Assembly (NCBI GenBank): GCA_046754105.1
Contig: JBHHVD010000002.1
Coordinates: 1 to 64,000, forward strand
From: Candidatus Krumholzibacteriia bacterium
GTDB taxonomy: Bacteria; Krumholzibacteriota; Krumholzibacteriia; WVZY01
DNA: 64,000 nucleotides
Reading direction: 5' to 3'
Below, piece by piece: positions 1 to 9,722 of this stretch. Position 1 is the first letter of the stretch; every line of letters begins with the position of its first letter. Both the position numbers and the translations under genes were made by a program. A model generated the notes under the pieces. The model did no database searches, was not told where the DNA came from, and was given only the letters and a program-made list of their open reading frames with translations.

Positions 1-1
1 G

Positions 2-343
2 GCCTTAACGGCGTCCCGGATTTCCCTAAGACACCAGCCTACAGACTTGGACCGGAACTCGCAGACCGGTGTCGCGGTCGGGTACGGCCAGTGCGTCGCG
101 GCACCGATCCACAACCTGACGATCAACTATTTCGCCAGCGGCTCGACCCCTCCGTGCTGCGCGTTCACGGTAGACGCCGACCCCGCGCTGCCCTCGGGGC
201 AGATCGAAGTGGTGGATTGCTCGAACAACCTCCTGATCGGGGTTGGGTTCGTGAGCACGGTGAACGGCAACGCGAACTGTCTCTGCATCGACCCGGTCGA
301 AGACTCGACCTGGGGCAGGGTCAAGTCGCTGTACGTCGAATAG
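2..343 (+). CDS. 3' part of a secreted/surface protein with C-terminal TWGxxKxLY motif (truncated by window start)
   Basis: Frame open from the window edge; Cys-rich; ends ...PVEDSTWGRVKSLYVE*. Confidence 0.7.
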   Translation, partial: ALTASRISLRHQPTDLDRNSQTGVAVGYGQCVAAPIHNLTINYFASGSTPPCCAFTVDADPALPSGQIEVVDCSNNLLIGVGFVSTVNGNANCLCIDPVEDSTWGRVKSLYVE

Positions 344-376
344 TCCCGCTCGGACTTCAGGATGGGACACTCCCTG

Positions 377-408
377 GACGCCCCCGCGCTTTCGGGCATG
401 GGGGCGTT
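377..408 (+). terminator. GC-rich hairpin after the first CDS
   Basis: GACGCCCCC...GGGGGCGTT inverted repeat; no clear U-tract. Confidence 0.4.
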
Positions 409-576
409 CGTCCACGCTCCGCCCGGCTGGGTACGGCGGGCGAGCCTTTCCGCCACAAAACAATTGACTTTAGATTAGCGACGTAATAGGTTTTGATACA
501 ACCAGTTGTCGCTAGACGCAGCCCGGCACAAGATCCCGCTGTCATCGCGTTGCGTAGCGACCCGAAGGGATGTCTG

Positions 577-795
577 TTGCTGCGGGTTATCCTCAACGTT
601 TTGTTAATCGCCCTGATCTTCCGAGCCGTGAGCGCGCTGTTCGGCCGCGCTCGGGGTAGCCTCCGGGGACGCCGCGGTCCCACGCCGGGACCGCGGCCCG
701 GGGCCCCGGATGGCACAAGCCCGTACTCGGACCTCTCCCCCTACGACATCGAAGACGCCGATTACGAAGAGATCCGCCCGGGCCACGATTCGTAG
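577..795 (+). CDS. small single-TM membrane protein with acidic C-terminal tail
   Basis: TTG start after GAAGGGA; hydrophobic N-terminus; ends DIEDADYEEIRPGHDS. Confidence 0.65.
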   Translation: MLRVILNVLLIALIFRAVSALFGRARGSLRGRRGPTPGPRPGAPDGTSPYSDLSPYDIEDADYEEIRPGHDS

Positions 796-796
796 C

Positions 797-1120
797 ATGT
801 TTATCAAACAACGTCGCGTTCGCAAGTCCGAGAGGTTCACCTCGCGCTGGTCCCGCAGTTCCAGCAAACGCCGCGAGTACGTGGCGTCGCTCTACACCAC
901 GGCAGTGATCCAGGCATTCCTCGCCCTGTTCCTGTCCTTCCTCGCCCGGCAGGCCATCGTCATGATGCGCGAGAAATTCCCCGAGCTCGTGTGGTACCTC
1001 AAGTATGCGATCCCGTTTTTTATCGTTGTGGTTGCGGCGATTGTCTTGCGCGCGCTCATCATGAACGTCCGCGACGGAATCGCGGCCTACCGCCACGCCC
1101 CCAAGCCCCCGAATGCATAA
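797..1120 (+). CDS. small membrane protein (basic N-terminus, 2 TM helices)
   Basis: ATG 1 nt after upstream stop; two hydrophobic segments. Confidence 0.65.
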   Translation: MFIKQRRVRKSERFTSRWSRSSSKRREYVASLYTTAVIQAFLALFLSFLARQAIVMMREKFPELVWYLKYAIPFFIVVVAAIVLRALIMNVRDGIAAYRHAPKPPNA

Positions 1121-1134
1121 TCTAACTCCTTTGG

Positions 1135-1150
1135 TGGCATAGGAGTTGCT
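1135..1150 (+). promoter_or_regulatory. sigma-54 -24/-12 promoter
   Basis: TGGCATAGGAGTTGCT = GG-N10-GC, near-consensus TGGCAC-N5-TTGCW, about 75 nt upstream of the ATG at 1224. Confidence 0.75.
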
Positions 1151-1223
1151 GTCCCCGGAACGGGACGTGGGCGCGTGCCGTGGTTGCACTATATCACCAT
1201 ATATGAGATAAAGCACAAACAGC

Positions 1224-2282
1224 ATGAGTAAGTTCCAAAAATATAAGGACTTGTTGTTCTCGACCCTGTCGGAAATCACCAGCCTGATCATTGCGGACAA
1301 CGACAAGCGGCTGATCTTTCGTAAAGTCCTCGACTGCTGTCTGACCGTGCTCGACGTAGAGCGCATCTACCTGCTTGAACTCCAGGGCAGCCATATTATA
1401 AGATATTCAAAATCAAAGGATTCTGAACCGGGAGGGGGAATCAAGATCGAGAGCCTGGAGGAATCCGACGCCATTCGCGACTGGATGATCCGCGAGGAAC
1501 GGACGTCGTCGGACTTCGAACGGGGCCGGGAGCTGGCGTTCGACATGCCCAAAGTGGCCAGCCACTACCTGGGCGATCCGCAATCCTCTGGTGCAATCAT
1601 GTCGGCGCCCCTGGTGGCCAAGAAGTCGATGTTCGGGCTGCTGGTGGCCATCCACCCGGTGGACGGCGGTTTGTACGCGGCCGAGGACGTCAAGCTGTTC
1701 ACCGTGCTCGCCAACCAGGCGGCGATCGCGCTGGAGAACCGGCAGCTCTACCAGAAACTCGAGAAGGAAGCCATCACCGACGCGCTGACCTCGGTCTACA
1801 ACTACCGCTTCCTGATGGACTCGCTGCGCACCGAGATCAAGCGCTCGCTGCGCTTCAAGCAGGTCTTTTCGTTCGTGATGCTGGATGTGGACAACCTGAA
1901 ACAGTACAATGATCGTCTGGGTCACCTGTGGGGAAGCCAGGCCCTGAAGGAAATAGCCGCGATCATCGTCGACAAGTGCCGCGACATCGATCTGGTGAGC
2001 AAGTACGGCGGGGACGAGTTCGGGATCATTCTGCCGCAGACCGACGCGAGGGGCGCGGAGGGCGTAACGCGGCGGGTCATCGAGGCGGTGGCGGAGCACA
2101 AGTTCGACGGCGACACCAAGGGACTGCTGACGTGCAGCGCCGGTGTGGCGATGTTTCCGCGTGACGGCGGAACGGTGCGCGAGTTGATCGCGAGCGCCGA
2201 CAAGGCTCTTTACCAGGCCAAGCGGATGGGCAAGAACCAGGTGCTGACCACGCGCGGCGTCGTCAGCGACGTGAAGAACTAG
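1224..2282 (+). CDS. GAF-GGDEF diguanylate cyclase
   Basis: GAF (SAPLVAK...LFTVLANQAAIALEN), TDALT, DVDNLK, intact YGGDEF and RDID I-site. Confidence 0.93.
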   Translation: MSKFQKYKDLLFSTLSEITSLIIADNDKRLIFRKVLDCCLTVLDVERIYLLELQGSHIIRYSKSKDSEPGGGIKIESLEESDAIRDWMIREERTSSDFERGRELAFDMPKVASHYLGDPQSSGAIMSAPLVAKKSMFGLLVAIHPVDGGLYAAEDVKLFTVLANQAAIALENRQLYQKLEKEAITDALTSVYNYRFLMDSLRTEIKRSLRFKQVFSFVMLDVDNLKQYNDRLGHLWGSQALKEIAAIIVDKCRDIDLVSKYGGDEFGIILPQTDARGAEGVTRRVIEAVAEHKFDGDTKGLLTCSAGVAMFPRDGGTVRELIASADKALYQAKRMGKNQVLTTRGVVSDVKN

Positions 2283-2320
2283 CGGCGCGTCCACACAATC
2301 ATCATTTGACACAAGGGACG

Positions 2321-3625
2321 ATGGAGAGTTCGTTGAAGCTCATCGATCGCATTCGAAACAAGGACGCACGGCTGTGTGTGATCGGGCTGGGGTACGTGGG
2401 CCTGCCCCTGGCCGTGGAGTATGCCGCCACCGGTTTTACGGCGGTGGGTATCGACGTCGACGCATCAAAGGTCGAGCGGATCAACTCGGGCAAGAGCTAC
2501 GTCAAGGACGTGGCGGAAAAGGCCCTGGGCGCCGTGGTTAACAGCGGCAAGTTGACCGCGACCACGGACTTTTCCGTCCTGGCCGAGGTGGACACGATAA
2601 ACATCTGCGTCCCGACGCCGCTTCGAAAGACGCGTGACCCTGACATTTCGTACATCGTAAGCGCCGTCGAGGAGATCGAAAAGTACCTGCATAAGGACCA
2701 GCTCGTGGTCCTGGAGAGCACGACCTACCCGGGAACCACCGAGGAGGTTATCCTGCCCATTCTGGAGCGTGCCGGGTTGAAGGTGGGAAGCGATTTTTTT
2801 CTCGCCTTCTCTCCCGAGCGGGTGGATCCGGGTAACCCCCATTACAACACGAAGACCATTCCGAAGGTCGTCGGCGGCGTAACGGCGGCCTGCACGGAAG
2901 CCGCCTCCGCACTCTACAACGCAACGTTGAGCACGACGGTGCCCGTGGGCTCTGCGAAGGCCGCCGAGACGGTAAAGCTGCTCGAGAATACGTTCCGCAG
3001 CGTGAACATAGGGCTCGTCAACGAGATCGCGATGATGTGCGACAAGATGGGTATCGACGTCTGGGAAGTGATCGAGGCAGCCGCCACCAAGCCGTTCGGT
3101 TTTATGCCGTTTTATCCGGGCCCCGGACTGGGCGGCCACTGTATTCCCATCGACCCCTTTTACCTGTCGTGGAAGGCGAAGCTGAGCGGGTTCGAAGCGC
3201 GATTCATCGAACTGGCGGGTCAGATCAACGGGGCGATGCCCGAGCACGTGGTCTCAAAAATCGTCGAGGCGCTGAACGCTCACCAAAAGAGCGTCAACGG
3301 AGCGCGCGTGCTGGTGCTCGGCGTCTCCTACAAGGCGGACATCGACGATATACGTGAATCGCCGGCGCTCGATGTCATCCGGTTGCTGGCCCAAAAAGGC
3401 GCGCGAGTCGTCTACCACGACCCGCTCGTAGACGGTGAGGACGAATTGTCGCAGACGACGCGCGTGGAATTGACGGGGGAGGAACTGGGTCGCTGCGACT
3501 GCGCGGCGATCATTACCGGCCACTCGGGAGTGGACTACGAGTTCGTGCTGGAAAACGTCCCCGTTCTCGTGGATACCCGTAACGTGCTCAAGGGTAATCG
3601 TTCCCCGAAAATCGTGCGTTTGTGA
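2321..3625 (+). CDS. nucleotide-sugar dehydrogenase (UDP-GlcNAc 6-dehydrogenase, WbpA-like)
   Basis: GLGYVG, ICVPTPL, LESTTYPGTT, FSPERVDPG, GPGLGGHCIP motifs. Confidence 0.92.
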   Translation: MESSLKLIDRIRNKDARLCVIGLGYVGLPLAVEYAATGFTAVGIDVDASKVERINSGKSYVKDVAEKALGAVVNSGKLTATTDFSVLAEVDTINICVPTPLRKTRDPDISYIVSAVEEIEKYLHKDQLVVLESTTYPGTTEEVILPILERAGLKVGSDFFLAFSPERVDPGNPHYNTKTIPKVVGGVTAACTEAASALYNATLSTTVPVGSAKAAETVKLLENTFRSVNIGLVNEIAMMCDKMGIDVWEVIEAAATKPFGFMPFYPGPGLGGHCIPIDPFYLSWKAKLSGFEARFIELAGQINGAMPEHVVSKIVEALNAHQKSVNGARVLVLGVSYKADIDDIRESPALDVIRLLAQKGARVVYHDPLVDGEDELSQTTRVELTGEELGRCDCAAIITGHSGVDYEFVLENVPVLVDTRNVLKGNRSPKIVRL

Positions 3626-3681
3626 ACCGTGGCCGGTCGGCCGGGCGGTTGCGACCGCCCGGCCTCGAGGGGGGTCCGTAG

Positions 3682-4620
3682 TTGTCAACGTATCTCGTAA
3701 CCGGCGGCGCCGGATTCATCGGCTCGCACATTGCGGAAACGCTGGTCGGTGAGGGCCACGAAGTCCGCGTGCTCGACAACCTGTCGACGGGGAAGCGCGA
3801 GAACATGGCGTCGTTCGAACCGCGTATCAACTGGGTGGAGGGAGACCTCCGCGACGTGGATACCGTCGAGCGCGCCGTCGACGGCGTCGAATACGTCGTT
3901 CACCAGGCGGCGCTTGCCTCGGTGCCGCGCAGTATCAAGGACCCCGTCTCGAGCAGCCAGGTAAACGTGCAGGGCACGTTGAATCTTCTCGAGGCGGCGA
4001 AGAAGCGCGCGGTCAAGAAATTCGTCTACGCTTCCTCCTCCTCCGTATACGGCGATAGCGAAACCCTGCCCAAGCGTGAAGACATGCCGCCGAACCCCAA
4101 GTCACCGTACGCCGTCACAAAGCTCACCGCGGAATTGTACTGCCGGGTCTACAGCGAAATCCACGGCGTGCCGACGGTCAGCCTGAGGTACTTCAACGTC
4201 TTCGGGCCGCGCCAGGACCCAAACTCCCAGTACAGCGCCGTGATCCCGCTCTTCGTTACGGCTTTGAGCCGCGGCGAGCGGCCGACGATCCATGGCGACG
4301 GCGAGCAATCACGCGATTTCACTTATATCGACAACGTCGTCCAGGCGAACCTGCGTGCATGCCGCTCACCGGAGCGCGGCGCAATGGTGTTCAACGTCGC
4401 GTGTGGAGAGCGCTTCAGCTTGAACGCCCTCTACGATCGGTTGCAGGCGATTATCGGAGTGAACGTCGAACCGAATTTCGGCCCCCCGCGGGCCGGCGAC
4501 GTCAAGCACTCGCAGGCGGCGATAGACGCGATCGGTGCCGCCCTGGGGTACACGGTCGAAATCGGCTTTGACGACGGTTTGAAAAGGACCGTCGCCTGGT
4601 ACCGGAGCGGCGGCGTATGA
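3682..4620 (+). CDS. NAD-dependent epimerase (SDR; WbpP-like UDP-GlcNAc(A) 4-epimerase)
   Basis: TGGAGFIG, ASSSSVYG, YAVTK, LRYFNVFGPRQDP. Confidence 0.9.
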   Translation: MSTYLVTGGAGFIGSHIAETLVGEGHEVRVLDNLSTGKRENMASFEPRINWVEGDLRDVDTVERAVDGVEYVVHQAALASVPRSIKDPVSSSQVNVQGTLNLLEAAKKRAVKKFVYASSSSVYGDSETLPKREDMPPNPKSPYAVTKLTAELYCRVYSEIHGVPTVSLRYFNVFGPRQDPNSQYSAVIPLFVTALSRGERPTIHGDGEQSRDFTYIDNVVQANLRACRSPERGAMVFNVACGERFSLNALYDRLQAIIGVNVEPNFGPPRAGDVKHSQAAIDAIGAALGYTVEIGFDDGLKRTVAWYRSGGV

Positions 4621-6680
4621 AAACAACGTCCCTCGTAGCGCACGTCGCGATCTACGCGATCGGGTTCGCCGTCCTGGCAAAGCTGTTCCCGTGGCCCCTC
4701 TTCATCCTGGTCGCCGTCGTCTTTACACTCTTTCATCTCTACATGGTGGAGCGGGGAAAGAGACTCCGCTACAGCGCTGCCGTCAATCTGTCCCGCACCG
4801 CTCGCATCGAGGGGTTTCCCACCCTGCCGCGGGTCGGCAGCCGTTCGATGGATGACCTGATGCTGGTCGCCGTCAAGGAGATGACCACAGAGTTGGAAAA
4901 GAAGTGCTACCAACTGGTGGAAAAGAACATTCAACTCCTGAGCCTCAAAGAGATCAGCGCGACCATCATCTCGTCGCTCGACGAGGCGCGCGTCGTCGAC
5001 GCCGTGCAGAGTTTTCTTGGGAACGGTCTCGGGTTCAAGGAAGTGTTCGTCGGCATCGCCACCGGCGATTCCAATCATATGCGGGTCTATACGCTGCGGG
5101 AGGCCTTCGAGGGCGAGTCGCTTCGCAACGACCACGTCGTCCGCCTGGACGCCCTGCAGGGCCTGATGGGAAAGGCGGTGGCGACGAGACGGTCCGTGCT
5201 CATCAAGGACGCCGCTGAACACCCGATCGGCGACGTCGCGGGCAGGCCGATGTTCGAGGGCAGCACGCTGACCTCCTACCTGATCGTACCGATGGTCAAG
5301 AGCAAGCTGTCCAAGGAGTGCGGGGTGAACGGCGAGTGCCTGCTGAAGCATCCGTCGGTTGACAACGACGACATGACCGGTGCGGAGAAGACGGTGTGCG
5401 CGGCGTGCGGGCGCGTGCCGGTCCTCGGCGTTCTCGGGGTGACGGACGGTTTCAAGGCGGCGGCGGTCAGCAAGCTCGACCTGGTGGCCGTCGAGGCGCT
5501 GGCCGTGCAGATGAGCACGTTGCTCGAGAACACCCAGTTGTACGACGAGTTGAAGAAGGAGGAGATATTCCGGGAGAACGTTATCAACAGCATGATGAAC
5601 GGCCTGATCACGGCCGATACGAACGGAGCGGTGCTGCTCGCGAATCAGGCGGCGGAGAAACTATCCGGATACACGTCCGGCGAGCTCGGAGGCATGGATA
5701 TCGCGCGCCTGATTACCGGCCGGTCCGGAGGTCCCGAGGATGGCCCCGTGGTCCGCACGCTGCGCAATCGCAAGAAGGCGGTGCAGAAGGAAGCGTGGCT
5801 GACGAAGAGGGACGGCAAGAAGGTGCCGATCATGCTCAATACCTCACTCCTCATGGACGAGGACAGACGGGTGCAGGGCGTGCTGGCGATGTTTCTGGAT
5901 ATCACCCGCATAAAGGGCATGGAGAAGACGATCCGGCAACTCGACAAGCTTGCCGCGCTCGGCCGCTTCTCGTCGAGCATGGCGCACGAGATCCGCAACC
6001 CGCTCGCCGGCATCGTCGCCGGCATCGAGTATCTCAAACGGGCCAAGGCGATCCCCGGCGATCAGAAGGACAACATTTCCTTCATCCTGCGCGAGGTCAA
6101 TCGTATTGATCGCCTTATCACCGATATCCTCAACGTGGTACGCACCGGGGAGCTGGTCTATCAACCCGTGGCGATCGATTCCCTGATCCGGAGCAGTATT
6201 ACGGGAATCAAAGACCTTGCGTCGAGAGACAACGTGAAGATAAGCACGAAGTTCCCGGCTGACTTGAAGCCGATGATGCTGGACGCGGACCGCATCACGC
6301 AGGTGATGATCAACTTGCTGAAGAATGCCGTGGAAGCGAGTGCACCGGGCGGCGAAGTGCGCGTGCAAGTGTCATTTCCGGGCGAGGACAGCCATGTTTT
6401 GTTTGACGACACCGATAATTTGGTTATCATCGAGGTTAAAGATGACGGTGCAGGCTTTTCGGAACAGGAAAAGTCCAAGATTTTTGAGCCGTTTTTCACG
6501 ACCAAGCACGAAGGCACCGGCCTGGGGTTGTACGTGACGCACAGCATCATCGAGCGGCACGGAGGCTACGTTTTCGCCGACAGTGAAAAGGGCAAGGGGT
6601 CGGTGTTCACCGTTTATCTCCCTCTGGGAAAGGTACAACATGGAGAATCCACTACAGTCAGTCATCCTGCTGGTCGATGA
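4617..6680 (+). CDS. membrane GAF-PAS sensor histidine kinase (NtrB/AtoS-like)
   Basis: N-terminal TMs, GAF, PAS, H-box AHEIRNPL, N-box NLLKNAVEA, G-boxes DDGAG/GTGLGL; ATGA overlap with the upstream gene. Confidence 0.93.
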   Translation: MKTTSLVAHVAIYAIGFAVLAKLFPWPLFILVAVVFTLFHLYMVERGKRLRYSAAVNLSRTARIEGFPTLPRVGSRSMDDLMLVAVKEMTTELEKKCYQLVEKNIQLLSLKEISATIISSLDEARVVDAVQSFLGNGLGFKEVFVGIATGDSNHMRVYTLREAFEGESLRNDHVVRLDALQGLMGKAVATRRSVLIKDAAEHPIGDVAGRPMFEGSTLTSYLIVPMVKSKLSKECGVNGECLLKHPSVDNDDMTGAEKTVCAACGRVPVLGVLGVTDGFKAAAVSKLDLVAVEALAVQMSTLLENTQLYDELKKEEIFRENVINSMMNGLITADTNGAVLLANQAAEKLSGYTSGELGGMDIARLITGRSGGPEDGPVVRTLRNRKKAVQKEAWLTKRDGKKVPIMLNTSLLMDEDRRVQGVLAMFLDITRIKGMEKTIRQLDKLAALGRFSSSMAHEIRNPLAGIVAGIEYLKRAKAIPGDQKDNISFILREVNRIDRLITDILNVVRTGELVYQPVAIDSLIRSSITGIKDLASRDNVKISTKFPADLKPMMLDADRITQVMINLLKNAVEASAPGGEVRVQVSFPGEDSHVLFDDTDNLVIIEVKDDGAGFSEQEKSKIFEPFFTTKHEGTGLGLYVTHSIIERHGGYVFADSEKGKGSVFTVYLPLGKVQHGESTTVSHPAGR

Positions 6681-8067
6681 CCAGGACTCGATTCGCTTCT
6701 TTCTGGAGAAGACGCTGGTCCAGGAAGGGTACGAGGCACATACGGCCAGCACCGGCCAGGAAGCCATCGACGTAACGCAGAAGGTGATCCCCGACCTGAT
6801 TCTTCTCGACCTCAAGCTGCCCGATATGGACGGCTTGGAAGTCCTCAAGCGCGTCAAGAGGATGTTTCCGGAAATCGGTGTAGTGATGATCACGGCCTTC
6901 GGGGACATCGAGATCGCCGTTGAGGCAATGAAAGAAGGGGCGTACGATTTTGTCACCAAGCCCATCAACCTCGACCAGCTCTTGATCGTGATCCGGAAGA
7001 ACCTGGAGAGTAAGCGACTGCAGCGCGAGGTCCTGCAGCTCAAACGGCAGATGGAGCTCGGAGAGGGTTTCGAGTACATGGTGGGGGAGAGCGCCTCGAT
7101 GCAGAAGGTCTACGACGTCGTACAGCAGGTCGCAAAGAGCGACACGACGACCGTGCTGATCGAGGGGGAGAGCGGTGTCGGCAAGGAAATGATCGCCCGC
7201 CTGATCCACAAGTACAGCACGAGGGCCAATCAGCCGTTTATGGACATCAACTGTGCCTCGCTCCCGGAGCAGCTGCTGGAGAGCGAGTTGTTCGGGCACG
7301 AAAAAGGCGCGTTCACCGACGCCAAGAGCCAGAAACAGGGACTGCTGGAGCTGGCCAACCGCGGCACGCTGTTTCTGGATGAGATCGGAGAGATGAGCCT
7401 GACTATCCAGGTGAAGCTGCTGCGAGTCCTCGAGCGGATGGTGTTTCGGCGGGTCGGCGGCACGAGCGACATCCACGTAAGTGTGCGCGTCATCAGCGCG
7501 ACCAACCGCGAATTGAAGAGAGAGGTCGAAGAGAACCGCTTTCGCACCGATTTGTACTATCGTTTGAAAGTCGTGCCGCTTCGCGTGCCGCCGCTGCGCG
7601 AGCGGAGCGCCGACCTGCTCAACTTCGTGAAGTATTTCATGAATGTTTTCAACAAGAAATTCAATAAGGACTTCACCGAAATCGACGCCGCCGCGCAACA
7701 AGGCATGCTGTCCTACGATTGGCCCGGGAACATCCGCGAATTGAAAAACTGTATCGAGCGCGTCATCCTGCTCGAAAAGGGCCCGGTACTGGAAGCCCGG
7801 CATCTTCCTTTCTCCGCCGGCGCGAGGGAAGAACACAGCCTTGGCCGCAAGCTCGATCGCATCCTCGCACAGCCGATACCGGAGGACGGCGTCGATCTCG
7901 AAGAGCTGGTTGCGGAGCTGGAGAAGGAGCTGATCGTCAAGGCATCCGAGCAGAGCGGCTGGAACCAGAGTAAGACGGCCCGTCTGCTCAACCTCAAGCG
8001 CGATAAGCTGCGCTACCGGATGAAGGGCTACGAGATGGGCGACAAGAAGGAAGTGACGACCAATTGA
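6640..8067 (+). CDS. sigma-54-dependent response regulator (NtrC family)
   Basis: Receiver domain (LVDD, DLKLP), Walker A GESGVGKE, ESELFGHEKGAFTDA, WPGNIREL, Fis-type HTH. Confidence 0.95.
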   Translation: MENPLQSVILLVDDQDSIRFFLEKTLVQEGYEAHTASTGQEAIDVTQKVIPDLILLDLKLPDMDGLEVLKRVKRMFPEIGVVMITAFGDIEIAVEAMKEGAYDFVTKPINLDQLLIVIRKNLESKRLQREVLQLKRQMELGEGFEYMVGESASMQKVYDVVQQVAKSDTTTVLIEGESGVGKEMIARLIHKYSTRANQPFMDINCASLPEQLLESELFGHEKGAFTDAKSQKQGLLELANRGTLFLDEIGEMSLTIQVKLLRVLERMVFRRVGGTSDIHVSVRVISATNRELKREVEENRFRTDLYYRLKVVPLRVPPLRERSADLLNFVKYFMNVFNKKFNKDFTEIDAAAQQGMLSYDWPGNIRELKNCIERVILLEKGPVLEARHLPFSAGAREEHSLGRKLDRILAQPIPEDGVDLEELVAELEKELIVKASEQSGWNQSKTARLLNLKRDKLRYRMKGYEMGDKKEVTTN

Positions 8068-8558
8068 AATGGATCTGGATCGTGGTGACGGCCTGCGTTG
8101 TGAGCGGAGGCTGCGGTTACAGCACCAGTTCAAGGACGGCGAAGGGGATCAAGTCCATCGCCGTCCCTTTTTTTGAGAACCGCACCGCCGAGCCCAACCT
8201 GGAAATCAGCGTTACCGAGAGAATCATCGACAATCTCCTGGAGGACAATACCCTCAGAGTGGTCGATGAGGCCGACGCGGACGCGTTGCTCGAAGGCTCC
8301 ATCGTCATTTTTGAGAACACACCCTTTTCGTTCAACCGCGATCTCAATGCGGAGGAGTACCACGTCATCGTCACGGTCGAAGTAACCCTGTTCAGCCGGA
8401 CGCTGAATGAACCGATATGGGAGAAGAAGACGATCAAGGGCGACGCGTCATATTTCCCCGACGAATCAATAAACGGGATCACATTTGACGACGCGCTGGA
8501 GGAAGCGGTAAAGGAAATCACCGAGCGCATTCTTAACCTCACCGTTCAGGACTGGTAG
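8064..8558 (+). CDS. lptE: LPS assembly lipoprotein LptE family
   Basis: Lipobox SGG-C-GY, IAVPFFENRT, ends ...VQDW; upstream of holA. Confidence 0.8.
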   Translation: MKWIWIVVTACVVSGGCGYSTSSRTAKGIKSIAVPFFENRTAEPNLEISVTERIIDNLLEDNTLRVVDEADADALLEGSIVIFENTPFSFNRDLNAEEYHVIVTVEVTLFSRTLNEPIWEKKTIKGDASYFPDESINGITFDDALEEAVKEITERILNLTVQDW

Positions 8559-8562
8559 GCCG

Positions 8563-9624
8563 ATGGGCAGAACGCTTCAGCGGTACAAGAAACTCTTCGA
8601 GGATCTCAAGAAATCCCCGCCCGGGCGGGTATACTTCCTCTACGGACCCGAGGAGCACATCAAGAAGGAGTACGTCGGCGAGCTGATGAAGCGCACGCTT
8701 CGGGACGAGAACCAGGCTTTCAACCTCGACGTCCTGCACGGAGATGAATTCGAGCGCGAGCGATTCGATGACCGCATGAGCTCGTTTCCGCTCTTTACCG
8801 AGCGCCGCATGATCGTAGTGAAGAAGTTTGAGGCGCTGCCCCTGGCGGGCAAGGACCTGATCGTGGAGAGAATCGGCGCCGGCCTGCCGGAATCCGTCGT
8901 GCTGGTGGTCGAATGCGGCAACGACAAGCTCGACTCGGCGCGGCTAAAGAAAATCGACAAGCTCGCCACCGCACACGGCGTGTCCTTTCGCTTCCAGTTT
9001 CTCTCGGATGAGGAGACCGTCGAGCGCATCAAGTCCCGGCTGCGGCGCGAAGGAAAGGCCATCGATCCGCCGGCCCTCGACCTGCTCGTTACGTCGGTGG
9101 GCACGCACCTGACCGATCTCAACAACGAGTTGGACAAGATCGTGCTCAGCAGCGGAGACGAGAAGGCGATCACGCGGGAACTGGTGGCCGAAGTCGTGGG
9201 CAAGTATCGCACGGAGAACATTTTTGCGTTCCTGGACGAACTGGGCGGCGACGTAGGCCGTGTGATCCGCAAAGTGAACCGGGTGATCGACGGTGGGGAA
9301 GAGCCGGTGTTCGTCATGGCGCTCCTGACCCGGCGGGTGCTTCAGCTCATGCAGGTTCAGGCACTGCTCGCGGAGCAGGGAGCCCGCCTGCGCTCGCCGC
9401 GCGCGATGGCGGATCGCATCGGCGGCTACGTGAGCCCGTTTCAGGCCGGCCGGCTGCTCGACCAGATCGGTCGCTTCGATGCCGGCATCCTCAAGACCTA
9501 CCTCGAGAACCTGCGCTGGGCGGATATCAAACTGAAATCGACTTCGCTTCCCGCCCGCAGTGTGATCGAGACCTCGCTCCTCGCCTCCTCGGTAAGAAAA
9601 ACGCTTGCCCTCTCCGCAAATTGA
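8563..9624 (+). CDS. holA: DNA polymerase III delta subunit
   Basis: VYFLYGPEE, FN..LHG, FPLFTERRMIVVK, NELDKI. Confidence 0.88.
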   Translation: MGRTLQRYKKLFEDLKKSPPGRVYFLYGPEEHIKKEYVGELMKRTLRDENQAFNLDVLHGDEFERERFDDRMSSFPLFTERRMIVVKKFEALPLAGKDLIVERIGAGLPESVVLVVECGNDKLDSARLKKIDKLATAHGVSFRFQFLSDEETVERIKSRLRREGKAIDPPALDLLVTSVGTHLTDLNNELDKIVLSSGDEKAITRELVAEVVGKYRTENIFAFLDELGGDVGRVIRKVNRVIDGGEEPVFVMALLTRRVLQLMQVQALLAEQGARLRSPRAMADRIGGYVSPFQAGRLLDQIGRFDAGILKTYLENLRWADIKLKSTSLPARSVIETSLLASSVRKTLALSAN

Positions 9625-9722
9625 TTATATAAATCAACTTGCGGTTGCCCCCGGGCGCCGGCGCGGCCATCGGCCGCTTGCAGATCACATCGAGCGTAGC
9701 ATGAAACGGAGACGATAACGGC

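Noticed and set aside
9701..9718. Mini-ORF MKRRR* upstream of the thioredoxin
   Set aside because: Too short, with no independent RBS; it overlaps the probable thioredoxin RBS and is likely chance.
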